Notes under the pieces: generated by a model
The model's input: only the letters and a program-made list of their open reading frames with translations
What the model was told of the DNA's origin: nothing
Database searches by the model: none
Program-made: the position numbers and the translations under genes
Shown here: positions 19,606 through 29,297 of the stretch, one piece after another
Layout of the letters: each line of letters opens with the position of its first letter
Position numbering within the stretch: the first letter of the stretch is position 1
DNA from: an uncultured delta proteobacterium
GTDB taxonomy: Bacteria; Desulfobacterota; Binatia; UBA9968
DNA: 64,000 nucleotides
NCBI GenBank assembly: GCA_963816145.1
Contig: CAWFJP010000004.1
Coordinates: 448,001-512,000, forward strand
Direction: 5' to 3'

Positions 19606-21885
19606 ATGATAAAAAACACAGCGAAGCGAGTGATCGGCATCCCGACCACCAGATCCGAAGGCCGGGAGAAAGTCTCGGGCGCGGCGATCTATGCGACCGA
19701 CGTGGTACTTCCTAACATGCTCTGGGCCAAGGCGCTGCGCAGTCCGATTCCCTACGGACGCATTCGGAAAATCAATGCCAGTAAAGCGCTCGCCCTGCCG
19801 GGTGTTCATGCCGTGGTGACCGGTGCCGGTGTCAAAGGCCAGCTCATCGGCCGAAAAATCTACGACATGCCGGTGCTTCCCGACGAGGTCGTGCGCTTTA
19901 TCGGTGAGAAAGTCGCGGTGGTCGCGGCGGAGAACGAGGAGATCGCCGAGGCCGCGACGGAATTGATCGAGGTTGAATACGACGAGCTGGAACCGTTGCT
20001 CGATCCCCTTGAAGCCATCCAGCCCAGCGCGACCCTGCTGCATCCCAACGTGCGACTCTATCGCGGCTTGCTGCACGAAATAAAAGCACCGAGCAACATT
20101 TTCGTCGATCTGACTTGGACCAAGGGCGATGTCGAAGCGGGCTTCCGCGATGCCGACTTAATCGTCGAAAACACTTTCACCACTCAACCGATGCATCAGG
20201 CTTACATCGAGCCGCACTCTTGCGTCGTGCAGGCGCATAGCTCGGGTGGCGCCGATGTTTGGGCCTGTTCCAAAGTTCCCTTTGCCTTGCGCGAGCAAAT
20301 GGCGACGGCGTTGCGCCGGCCGGCCGGCGATTTTCTCATGCATCCCTGTTACATCGGCGGCTGCTTCGGCGGCAAGGGCGACTTCATGGATGTGCCGGTG
20401 TGCTACTTGCTCTCACTTAAGAGCGGCCGCCCGGTGAAGATGGTGATGGATTATTCTGAGGAATTCACCGCCGGCAATCCGCGCCATGCCGCGGTGATTA
20501 AAGTAAAAACCGGCGTGAAGAAGGACGGCCGACTGGTTGCGCACCGCATGGACTATGTGTACGACAGCGGTGCCTACGGCGCTTTCAAACCGCAAGGTTA
20601 TTTGGTGGGCCCCAAGGAAGCGGCGGGGCCGTACAAGATCCCCAATATCTATATCAACGAGAAAATCGTCTACACTAACAAAATCCCCTGCGGCCATATG
20701 CGCGCGCCGGGCGAACCGCAAGGCTTTTTCGCCAATGAATCGCAGATGGATTTGGTGGCGCGGCGGCTGGGTGTGGACCCGATTGCGTTCCGCCGGAAAA
20801 ATCTCATGCACTCCGGTGATGTCTCGCCCATCGGTCATGTGGTGCCGCATATCAAGAGCGACGAAACCTTAGCGCAAGCGATGACGGCATCGGGGTACAA
20901 CAAGCCCAAACGGAGAAATCTCGGCCGCGGTTTGGCGCTGGCGCAGTGGCTGCCGCTAGGGGGCGAAGGGCATGCCTTCGTAACGGTTGATGCGGATGGT
21001 GAAGTCGCGGTTTCGACCGCAATGGTCGATCAGGGGGCCGGCACCTACACGGCGATGCGCCAGATTGTCGCCAACGAGTTGCAAGTACCGGTGGACCGCG
21101 TTCGATTCCATATTCTCAATACCAGTGCCGTCGCCGCGGATACCGGCGTCGGCGCCAGCCGGGCGACGCGGATTTTCGGTAATTCAACCTATGCCGCAGC
21201 GCTGCAAGTCAAAGCGAAGTTGCTGCAAGGCGCGAGCGCGATACTCGGGGTGCCGGCGGATGAGCTTTGGTTGACCGGCGCCGGCGCCATACGAAACCGC
21301 GCTGGCATGGAAGTCTCTTACGCCGCTATCGTTGCAAGTCTCGGTGGTTCGATTCGCTGCGAGGGTTCGTACAAAAATTTCGATAACGGCCCGGAAGCCG
21401 CGCTGGTCGCGCAAGTTGCCGAAGTCGAGGTCGACCGTGAGACGGGAGAGGTGATGTTGAAACACTTCACGACTGCCCATAGCACCGGTACGATCATCAA
21501 TCCGCTGATGCATCAAGGGCAGATTGACGGCGGGGTTGTGACGGCGATCGGTTATGCGCTGATGGAACAACTAGTTATAGAACAGGGCAAAGTTACGACG
21601 ACCAACTTCGGTGAGAGCAAGATCCCGTCGATTCGCGATATTCCACCGCTAAAAACGGTCATCCAGGAGTTCCCCGTCGGCAACGGTCCATATGGGGGAA
21701 TGAGCATCGGCGAGCCGCCCGTATTGGTCGCCGCCGCGGCGATCGCTAACGCGGTGCAGGACGCTGTCGGCGTGCGCATCTACGACTTGCCGATTACGGC
21801 GGAGAAGGTGCTGCGGGCGTTGAAAGAAGCTTCGGATTCGGAAACTTACCGCAAAGAGCGCAAAGAACGCAAAAAGAATAACTGA
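19606..21885 (+). CDS. Xanthine dehydrogenase/CoxL-family molybdopterin-binding subunit
   Basis: LRSPIPYG; AYIEPH; GGCFGGK; MRAPG; GQIDGG; IGEP..AAAAIANAV; LPITAEK. Confidence 0.92.
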   Translation: MIKNTAKRVIGIPTTRSEGREKVSGAAIYATDVVLPNMLWAKALRSPIPYGRIRKINASKALALPGVHAVVTGAGVKGQLIGRKIYDMPVLPDEVVRFIGEKVAVVAAENEEIAEAATELIEVEYDELEPLLDPLEAIQPSATLLHPNVRLYRGLLHEIKAPSNIFVDLTWTKGDVEAGFRDADLIVENTFTTQPMHQAYIEPHSCVVQAHSSGGADVWACSKVPFALREQMATALRRPAGDFLMHPCYIGGCFGGKGDFMDVPVCYLLSLKSGRPVKMVMDYSEEFTAGNPRHAAVIKVKTGVKKDGRLVAHRMDYVYDSGAYGAFKPQGYLVGPKEAAGPYKIPNIYINEKIVYTNKIPCGHMRAPGEPQGFFANESQMDLVARRLGVDPIAFRRKNLMHSGDVSPIGHVVPHIKSDETLAQAMTASGYNKPKRRNLGRGLALAQWLPLGGEGHAFVTVDADGEVAVSTAMVDQGAGTYTAMRQIVANELQVPVDRVRFHILNTSAVAADTGVGASRATRIFGNSTYAAALQVKAKLLQGASAILGVPADELWLTGAGAIRNRAGMEVSYAAIVASLGGSIRCEGSYKNFDNGPEAALVAQVAEVEVDRETGEVMLKHFTTAHSTGTIINPLMHQGQIDGGVVTAIGYALMEQLVIEQGKVTTTNFGESKIPSIRDIPPLKTVIQEFPVGNGPYGGMSIGEPPVLVAAAAIANAVQDAVGVRIYDLPITAEKVLRALKEASDSETYRKERKERKKNN

Positions 21886-21971
21886 TCACTCGGGGGGGGG
21901 GTGAATCCGCCCTGTGCGCTGCGGGTCCAATTGCGCCGGACGGCATTCCCTGCTAATTCAGACTACCAACT

Positions 21972-22478
21972 ATGAGAGACGAACTTGCCAAACGACTCGT
22001 GCAGGGTCTCAAAGACGCGGGGATCAATTTCGTCACCTATTTGCCGGAGACGCGATTGAGCCAGATCGTGCCGCTGATCCGCGACGATCCCGATATGGAG
22101 CTGATTGGGGTTGCCAACGAATCCGAGGCGATCACTATTGCCGCCGGAGCGACGCTCGGCGGCAAGCAGGCCGCCGTGTACATGGAAAACACCGGCATCT
22201 TCACGTCTTGTTACCCTCTGGTAACGGTGGGCAAGCAATTGGGCGTGCCGCTTTTGTTGGTCATTGCTTACCTCGGCGGTGTGCCGGATTGGCGCAACAG
22301 TTTTCTCTACGCGACCATCGGCAAGCATTCGATCCCGGTGCTGGATGGAGTCGGTATCGACCATTCATTGATCGAGGATGGCGACAAGCTTGAGCTCAAG
22401 ATCAAAGACGCGGTGCGCGCCGCCAATTCTTTGCGCAGTCCCTACGCGCTGCTTTTCGCCGGGGAGTTTTCCGAATGA
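21972..22478 (+). CDS. Second ComD-like ThDP alpha subunit
   Basis: YLPETRLS; NESEAITIAAGA; paralog of the 17248 gene. Confidence 0.8.
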   Translation: MRDELAKRLVQGLKDAGINFVTYLPETRLSQIVPLIRDDPDMELIGVANESEAITIAAGATLGGKQAAVYMENTGIFTSCYPLVTVGKQLGVPLLLVIAYLGGVPDWRNSFLYATIGKHSIPVLDGVGIDHSLIEDGDKLELKIKDAVRAANSLRSPYALLFAGEFSE

Positions 22479-23077
22479 TTCGTTACGAATGTCTGCAGCT
22501 GCTGGCCAGTAAAATGACCGATCAATTGGTCGTAACCTCGCAAAGCGGCCAGCGCATCGAGTGGTCGCATTTGTCGCGCCATGAGGGCAACCTCTTGGTC
22601 GGCATGATGGGTTGCGCCATTGGCGTCGCCACCGGGCTGGCGCTAGCCCTGCCGCATCGCAAAGTGATCGCCCTCGACTCTGACGGCAGCGTGCTGCTGT
22701 CGCTGTTCAATCTCGCGACGTTGGGCAATTTGCAGCCGAAGAATCTGGTCGTTTATGTCTTCGACAACGGCGTCTACAGCGGCAGCCGCATCAGCTACCC
22801 GACCGCGACCTCCGGAAACACGGACTTGGCTGCCATGGCGCAGGGAGCCGGAATCAAGAATGCATGCACGATCCGGGATTTCCAAGATTTCAAAATGGCG
22901 GGTGTCGACGCCTTGAGCAAAAACGAATTGAGCTTCTTTGTCTGCAAAGTCGAGGAGAGCTTGCTGCACCGCGAAATTCCCCGTCCCAACACCGATCTCG
23001 CCGAGAACAAATACACCTTCGTGCGTTACTTGGAACGCACGGAAGAAAGAACTATTCCGTTCATCGGACGCGGTTGA
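22475..23077 (+). CDS. Second ComE-like ThDP beta subunit
   Basis: GMMG; DSDGS...DNG; paralog of the 18789 gene; ATGA overlap with the alpha gene. Confidence 0.8.
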   Translation: MIRYECLQLLASKMTDQLVVTSQSGQRIEWSHLSRHEGNLLVGMMGCAIGVATGLALALPHRKVIALDSDGSVLLSLFNLATLGNLQPKNLVVYVFDNGVYSGSRISYPTATSGNTDLAAMAQGAGIKNACTIRDFQDFKMAGVDALSKNELSFFVCKVEESLLHREIPRPNTDLAENKYTFVRYLERTEERTIPFIGRG

Positions 23078-23128
23078 TTCGATGTTGGGGAAAAGATGAA
23101 CCTCGTCATGTTGGGCAAATTCCGAATT

Positions 23129-23197
23129 CGTCATACCGGCGAAAGCCGGTATCCATCCCTCATCCCCGCCTGGATTCCGGCGTGCGCCGGAATAACG
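23129..23197. repeat. CGTCAT-type palindromic element
   Basis: CGTCATACCGGCGAAAGCCGGTATCCA...TGGATTCCGGCGTGCGCCGGAATAACG. Confidence 0.8.
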
Positions 23198-23282
23198 GTA
23201 AGACGAGGGAATTCGAGTCGAAGCGATAATACCGATTGCTGGAAGGCGGCGGGCAATTCGTTGCGGAATCTAGGAGACCATC

Positions 23283-24308
23283 ATGCAAATAGTTTTTGCT
23301 TTGTTGATGTTTGCCATCACGTTCGCGGTCCATAATCCTTGGCCCGTCAATGCTCAGGACTACAAGGACAAGACGTTGACGATCATCGTCGGTTACTCGC
23401 CGGGCGGCTCCTTCGATCTCTATGCGCGAGTGCTGGCGCGCTACATCGGCCGTTACCTGCCGGGAAACCCGACGCGCATCGTCGAGAACATGACCGGCGC
23501 CGGCGGCATGATCGCCGCCAATCATCTCTACAATCGGGTGAAGCCCGACGGGTTGACCATCGGCGCGTGGGCATCGCCCTTGGTGCTGCAGCAGATTATG
23601 GGCAATGAAGCGGCGCAGTTTGACGGCCGACGCTTCGGTTATCTGGGCATTCCGTCCGAGTACGATACCGTTTGCACCTTCAATCAGAAGAGCGGCATCA
23701 GCAAAATGGACGACTGGGTCAATGCCAAACGGCCGCAAAAGATTTCCACCATCGGCCCGGGAACCAGCACTTCGGATATTCCCAAGCTTCTCAAAGCCGC
23801 GCTGAATCTGCCGATGGACGTGATCGACGGCTACAAAGGCGGCGCCGACGCGCGCCTCGCGGTGGAGTCCGGCGAAGTCGACGGTTACTGCGGCTCATGG
23901 GGAACCGTGGAGACGGTGTGGCGCAGCGCCTACGAGAGCAAGAAAATCATTCCGGTCCTGCAAGCGACGCTGAAGCCCAATCCCAAATACAAACAGATTC
24001 CGGTGGCGATGAATTTTGCGAAGACCGACGAGTCGCGCGAACTGCTGAAGATCGCCGACGATGTGCACGGCGCGCAATTCCCCTTCTCCGTGCCGCCGGG
24101 AATGGCTAAGGATCGTTTAGATCTGTTGCAAAAAGCGTTTCTGCAAACCTTCAAAGATCGAGACCTGATCGCTGAAGCAAAAAGAGCGCAGCTCGACATC
24201 GGTCCGGTGGATGGACCGACGATCACGAAAACCCTCTCAGGCCTGTACGATCTCAAACCGGCGACGGTGGCGCGGTTGAAGGAAATTCTGTTGCCGAAGA
24301 AGAAATAA
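23283..24308 (+). CDS. Tripartite tricarboxylate transporter substrate-binding protein (TctC/Bug)
   Basis: IVGYSPGGSFDLYAR; ENMTGAGG; KPDGLT; GYKGG..RLAVESGEVDG. Confidence 0.9.
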   Translation: MQIVFALLMFAITFAVHNPWPVNAQDYKDKTLTIIVGYSPGGSFDLYARVLARYIGRYLPGNPTRIVENMTGAGGMIAANHLYNRVKPDGLTIGAWASPLVLQQIMGNEAAQFDGRRFGYLGIPSEYDTVCTFNQKSGISKMDDWVNAKRPQKISTIGPGTSTSDIPKLLKAALNLPMDVIDGYKGGADARLAVESGEVDGYCGSWGTVETVWRSAYESKKIIPVLQATLKPNPKYKQIPVAMNFAKTDESRELLKIADDVHGAQFPFSVPPGMAKDRLDLLQKAFLQTFKDRDLIAEAKRAQLDIGPVDGPTITKTLSGLYDLKPATVARLKEILLPKKK

Positions 24309-24319
24309 AAAACGAGTCG

Positions 24320-24460
24320 GTGATCGTGGCCCGTGATCGTCTGCGCCTGACCGCTGAAGCCGTGCGGCCGATTCCCGACACCGAAGGCGCTGGAAATATC
24401 CCGTGGACGCAGGTCGCGGATGCGTCGCTGGTGGAAGAAGTGCTGCGGAGGAACCGCTGG
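24320..24460 (+). pseudogene. Possible C-terminal remnant of a binding-protein gene
   Basis: IPWTQVADASLVEEVLR resembles the 'D.SLV.EL' tails of the NMT1-type proteins in this window. Confidence 0.35.
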
Positions 24461-24568
24461 CGTCGAAGACGCTTCGGTATCATTCCCACTACGTTAATCC
24501 TATCTGACAGGCGAGCTCGTCAGCGAATTAGTGGCGAACTCTTGTCGATCTTGTAGCTCATGTTGGCC

Positions 24569-25660
24569 CTATGGTTTGATCAACGCCTTTACCGGATACA
24601 ATCCCGGAATCTCGCCGCCGACCGCACGGATACACTTTTCTGTTTCATCGAGCGGAAAGGTGTGGGTGACCATTTGCTGGACGGGGAATTTACTGGCTTG
24701 GACGGCGTTCATGGCGATCTCGGTGGCGTCGTTGTCGGTGGTGAAGGCGCCTTGGAAGCGGATTTGCCGGCGCACGATCAGGTTCACATTCAACGGCACG
24801 TCGACGCCGTCGCGGGTCAGACCGCCGACGACGAGGGTGCCGAGGGTGCGGACGCACTCGACCGATGTGCGGATCGCTTGGACGTTGCCGGAAACATCGA
24901 CGGCGACGTCGACCAGTTCGCCGTCGGTTTCGCTGCGAATCACTTCAAGGACATTTTCTTTTTCGACATTGATTATTCGGGTCGCGCCGAATTTTTTGGC
25001 GACTTCCAAGCGTTCGGCGTCGCGGTTCATGCCGGTGACGAAGATTTTGGCGGCGCCGGTGGTTTTCGCCGCGAACGTGCAAGCCAGCCCTTGTTGACCG
25101 GGCCCCTGAATCAGCACGCTATCGCCCATCTTGACGCCACCCTGGCGCACTGCCCATTGAAATCCGTTGGCCATCACCGCGCCAATAAGAACCGCGGCTT
25201 CCGGCGGCAGATCGTTACTGACTTTGGTGACTAGGATCTCCGGCACAAGATACAGATAGTCGGCAAAGCCGCCAAATAGATGGGGCGGGTTGGCGCAGGT
25301 GGTCTGACCGCCGTAACCAATGCGTGACTTGCAAAAACGCGCGGCGCCGCGCCGGCAGTGGCCGCAACGGCCGCAGCCCTTGGCGCCTTTCATGATGATC
25401 CGGTCGCCTTCTTTGATGCCGTGAATCGCCGCCGCTTCCTTGCCGAGTTTTTCGACCCGCCCCAAAATCTCATGGCCGAGAATGAGCGGATAAGGCAAGC
25501 CGTTTTTGCCGCCATGCAGATACTTGAAATCCGAACCGCAGACGCCGCCCATTTCGACTTTAACCAGACCGCCGTCAGGCGGAATTTCGGGAATAGGATA
25601 CTCCCTGATTTCCAGTTTGTCGGGTGCCAATAATGTCGCTCCGCGGCTGGTTGCTGCCAT
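24569..25660 (-). CDS. Zinc-binding alcohol dehydrogenase (MDR family)
   Basis: GVCGSD; GHEILG; CGRCGHC..G....C structural Zn site; GPGQQG. Confidence 0.92.
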   Translation of the reverse strand: MAATSRGATLLAPDKLEIREYPIPEIPPDGGLVKVEMGGVCGSDFKYLHGGKNGLPYPLILGHEILGRVEKLGKEAAAIHGIKEGDRIIMKGAKGCGRCGHCRRGAARFCKSRIGYGGQTTCANPPHLFGGFADYLYLVPEILVTKVSNDLPPEAAVLIGAVMANGFQWAVRQGGVKMGDSVLIQGPGQQGLACTFAAKTTGAAKIFVTGMNRDAERLEVAKKFGATRIINVEKENVLEVIRSETDGELVDVAVDVSGNVQAIRTSVECVRTLGTLVVGGLTRDGVDVPLNVNLIVRRQIRFQGAFTTDNDATEIAMNAVQASKFPVQQMVTHTFPLDETEKCIRAVGGEIPGLYPVKALIKP

Positions 25661-25955
25661 GGTTTACCTCCGACCTGTCGAGTAATAGTTACGGCAGCAG
25701 TTGTCCAAACGTCAAGTCAAAAAATGACGAATAGTGGCGCGCCTGTTGGAAAGAGAAATAAGATTTACACCCTGAAGAACACCGAGTTCGGAGTCCGGGC
25801 TTGTTCCCGGGCGCCTTTGCGTTTTGCGTGAGACTTCCCTTATCTTCGTTGGTACGATGCAATGTCGACTTGCTTGACAGGGGTAGAACTTTGCTTGTAG
25901 ACCATTTCACATACTGAGCATTTCCCAACCTGTCGGGGTGATGGAGGAAAATCTT

Positions 25956-26915
25956 ATGGCAGAGATCGTTATCGGTATTGGCACGTCGCATAGTCCGCAG
26001 TTGAGCATTCGCGCGAAGGACTGGGCGAAGTTGCTTGGGGACAAAGACAAAACCGATCCGCGGCTTGACTATCAAGCGTTATTACAGAAGGCCAAACCCG
26101 GCTTAGACAAGGAGTTGACCGAAGATAAGTTTCGCGAGCGGGACGAGGCTTGCCTGGCGGGAATTGAAGTCTTGGGCGATGCCCTCAAGGCGGCCAAGCC
26201 GGATGTCGTTGTGGTCTTCGGCGACGATCAGCAGGAACAGTTTCACGACGATAATATGCCGATGTTCGCGATCTATCACGGCAAGGGATTGCCCGTGGTG
26301 AAGCATAACAATTTGCGTCCAGCCGCATGGAAAGATGCTGAGGAAAAGGGCTGGGCCGAAACTGCGCCGGAGTATGAAGCGGCTTCGGATCTTGCCGATC
26401 ACTTGATTCGCGCCCTCACAGATGCCGAATTCGACATTACGCGCTGCAACAAGCTGCGCGCCGAGATCGGCGTCGGCCATGCGTTTAGTTTTCTCTATCG
26501 CCGCGTGCTGCCGGGAAGCAAGGTGCCGATGGTTCCGGTGATGGTCAACACTTACTATCCGCCCAACCAGCCGACGCCCAAGCGCTGTTACGCCTTCGGC
26601 CAGGCGGTGCGCAAAGCAATCGAGACTTGGGATAGCAACAAGCGCGTGGCGGTCTTGGCGTCGGGCGGATTGAGCCACGTGGTCATCGACGAAGAAATCG
26701 ACGCAATGGTGATCGACGGGCTGAAAAACAAGAAACCGGAAGTGCTGTTTCAGTTGCCGCGGAAGAAATTGCACGGCGGCACGTCGGAGATCTTGAACTG
26801 GGTGGCCCTCGCCGGCGCGATGGAAAATCGCGATCTGAAATATCTGGAATATGTCACGACCTATCGCTCGCCTGCCGCCACCGGCTGCGGCATGGGCTTC
26901 GCCTATTGGCAATAA
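25956..26915 (+). CDS. LigB-family extradiol ring-cleavage dioxygenase (DesZ/gallate-like)
   Basis: GTSHSP; GDDQ.E.F; GHAF; ASGGLSH; GTSEILNW. Confidence 0.88.
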   Translation: MAEIVIGIGTSHSPQLSIRAKDWAKLLGDKDKTDPRLDYQALLQKAKPGLDKELTEDKFRERDEACLAGIEVLGDALKAAKPDVVVVFGDDQQEQFHDDNMPMFAIYHGKGLPVVKHNNLRPAAWKDAEEKGWAETAPEYEAASDLADHLIRALTDAEFDITRCNKLRAEIGVGHAFSFLYRRVLPGSKVPMVPVMVNTYYPPNQPTPKRCYAFGQAVRKAIETWDSNKRVAVLASGGLSHVVIDEEIDAMVIDGLKNKKPEVLFQLPRKKLHGGTSEILNWVALAGAMENRDLKYLEYVTTYRSPAATGCGMGFAYWQ

Positions 26916-27002
26916 TCGCTCAAGGTTCCAGGTTCAAAGTTCAAGGTTGATGCGGATTGAAGAATTATACTGGATGAACTGCACTTGGTGACTGGAGTTT
27001 TA

Positions 27003-27665
27003 ATGGCCCGTGAACCGATAATCGAGAGGTTGATGAAGCTCGACACCTGCGCGGTGTCGGATGCGCTGGACAGTTTGAACCTCAAAGGGGCGACCTGGGG
27101 TGTAAGGCCGCAGTGGCAGTGTCCGAAGATCGCCGGCCGGGCGGTGACGATGAAGATCAAGCCGGCCGGCTTGCAGCAGCCGACGCAGCACTTGGGCACC
27201 GCGCCGATTGAAGCGGCGCAGCCGGGCGATGTCATTGTCATCGATAATGGCGGCAAGTTGGAATTTTCCTGCTGGGGCGGTTTGCTGGCGCTCTCGGCCA
27301 AGCTCAAAGGCGTGAGCGGTGTGGTGATCGACGGCGCCTCGCGCGACATCGACGAAGCGCGCGAGGTGGAGTTCCCGGTTTATGCCCGCGGCGTGGTGCC
27401 GATGACGGCGCGCAATCGGGTGGTGCAGGAATCCTACAATCAAGAAATTCAGTTCGCCGGCGTGCAGTGTCGTCCAGGCGATTTGGTCCTCGCCGATGGC
27501 AGCGGCATCATCATTATTCCCAAGGAGAAAGAGGAAGAGGTGGTTAGCGCCGCCGAGGGGATTTACGCCAAGGAACAAGAAATGGCGGCCGGCATACGTA
27601 AGGGCTATTCCGGTTTGGAAATGTTGGAGAAGCTCGGTTACGAGCAGATGCTCAACAAGAAGTAA
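27003..27665 (+). CDS. RraA/HMG-CHA aldolase family (LigK-like)
   Basis: VSDALD; AGRAVT; WGGLL; GVVIDGASRD; PGDLVLADGSG. Confidence 0.88.
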   Translation: MAREPIIERLMKLDTCAVSDALDSLNLKGATWGVRPQWQCPKIAGRAVTMKIKPAGLQQPTQHLGTAPIEAAQPGDVIVIDNGGKLEFSCWGGLLALSAKLKGVSGVVIDGASRDIDEAREVEFPVYARGVVPMTARNRVVQESYNQEIQFAGVQCRPGDLVLADGSGIIIIPKEKEEEVVSAAEGIYAKEQEMAAGIRKGYSGLEMLEKLGYEQMLNKK

Positions 27666-27761
27666 GCGCGAAAATTTAATAAATGGAATTTGATACGGCT
27701 CGAAGATGCAGGATCGAAGATTGAAGATTGACATAATTCACGCACGTTGTGACGATCGAAT

Positions 27762-28949
27762 ATGTTGACCCATGAAGAAAATACCCTGTTGACGCAAGTT
27801 GGCCGGGGCACGCCCGGTGGTGAATTGTTGCGGCGCTATTGGCACCCAGTGGCGGCAGCCGCTGAGTTGACCGATGAAAGGCCGATTCGCGCCGTCAAGA
27901 TTCTCGGCGAGGAGTTGGTGGTTTACCGTGACAAGAAGGGTAACTACGGTTTGGTCGGCGAACATTGCCCGCATCGTTTGGCTTCGCTCGCCTACGGCCG
28001 GGTCGATGGAGCCGGCATTCGCTGCCCTTATCATGGCTGGAAGTTCGACGGCGCAGGCAATTGTCTTGAGCAACCGGCGGAACCTGCCGACAGCACTTTC
28101 AAAGATCGCATCAAGCATGTCGCCTATCCGGTCCAATATTTGGGCGGCTTGATTTACGCCTACCTCGGTCCCGCCCCCGCGCCTCTGCTGCCGCGTTGGG
28201 ACGTTTTGGTTTGGGAACATGGCCGGCGCTGGATCGTCAAAGAGTCGGTGATCGAATGCAATTGGCTCCAGCCGATGGAGAATTCCGTCGACCCGTCGCA
28301 TTTGTTCTGGCTCCACGGCGATACGGCGCACCTGGCGCCGCGAGTAAAAAAATATTCCGAACGGCACGAGTTCATCCGATTCGAATATGGAATCAAGAAG
28401 CGCCGCACGACGTTAGCGCTCGCCACCGGCAGCAAGCCGGAAGTCGACGAGCATCCGTTGTTATTTCCCTCGGTGCTGCGCCATGTCGCGCCCGCCGACG
28501 AGGGCAAGTCCGTGCGGCACAATTTGCAGATTCGCGTGCCGGTCGACGACCATCATACGCAAGTATTTCGTGTTAACTTTGTCCCGTCGGAAAGCGAGCG
28601 CTCGCCGGCCGAGGCGCCGGTACCGTTTCGATTCACGCCGCTCAAAACCGCGCCGCGCGAGTACCGCATGGACATGGTATCGGCGCAGGATTCGATGGCG
28701 TGGGAAACACAGGGTCCGCTAACCGACCGTGCGACCGAGCATTTGGGCGTCGGTGATGAGGGGATTATCGAGTTCCGTAAACTCCTCAAAGAGCAGATCG
28801 AACGGGTTCAGCAGGGGTTCGATCCGATCGGCGTGATCCGCGACCCGGCGAAAAACCAGGTAATCGATCTTGGCGTGATCAATGAACGCATCGGGCTCCA
28901 CCCTCTATCATCCACTCAAGCCCCGCCCCCGCAAGTGGCATCCGAATAA
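27762..28949 (+). CDS. Rieske non-heme iron oxygenase alpha subunit (LigXa-like)
   Basis: MLTHEEN..LTQVGRGTP; CPHR/CPYHGW; ENSVDPSHLFWLH; QDSMAWETQG. Confidence 0.92.
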   Translation: MLTHEENTLLTQVGRGTPGGELLRRYWHPVAAAAELTDERPIRAVKILGEELVVYRDKKGNYGLVGEHCPHRLASLAYGRVDGAGIRCPYHGWKFDGAGNCLEQPAEPADSTFKDRIKHVAYPVQYLGGLIYAYLGPAPAPLLPRWDVLVWEHGRRWIVKESVIECNWLQPMENSVDPSHLFWLHGDTAHLAPRVKKYSERHEFIRFEYGIKKRRTTLALATGSKPEVDEHPLLFPSVLRHVAPADEGKSVRHNLQIRVPVDDHHTQVFRVNFVPSESERSPAEAPVPFRFTPLKTAPREYRMDMVSAQDSMAWETQGPLTDRATEHLGVGDEGIIEFRKLLKEQIERVQQGFDPIGVIRDPAKNQVIDLGVINERIGLHPLSSTQAPPPQVASE

Positions 28950-29297
28950 CATCTCGGATTCGCTCAATCTCTTCTGCCAGCATACCCCAGTTTGGTCGCT
29001 TACCCACGTTAGTTTTATTCATCTCTTAGGTTAGATGGGCGCCCTCCACGCCGCCCAATCGTTAACACCTAAAAATTCCATACTTAATCTAACATATTGA
29101 TTTTGCAGGATTATTTTAAAAATAGTCTTGCGCAGTGGGGGGCTTGTTGGTTAATATTCGGTCCTATGTTGGGACGGCGGACGCAGTGTGTGACATGGGC
29201 TACAGCAAGACTTGCGCTGGTGGTGTTAAAGATCGACGAAGACGCGGGAATCAAAGCCGGCAAAAACAATATCGCATCGTAGCACAGGAGTAAGGTC

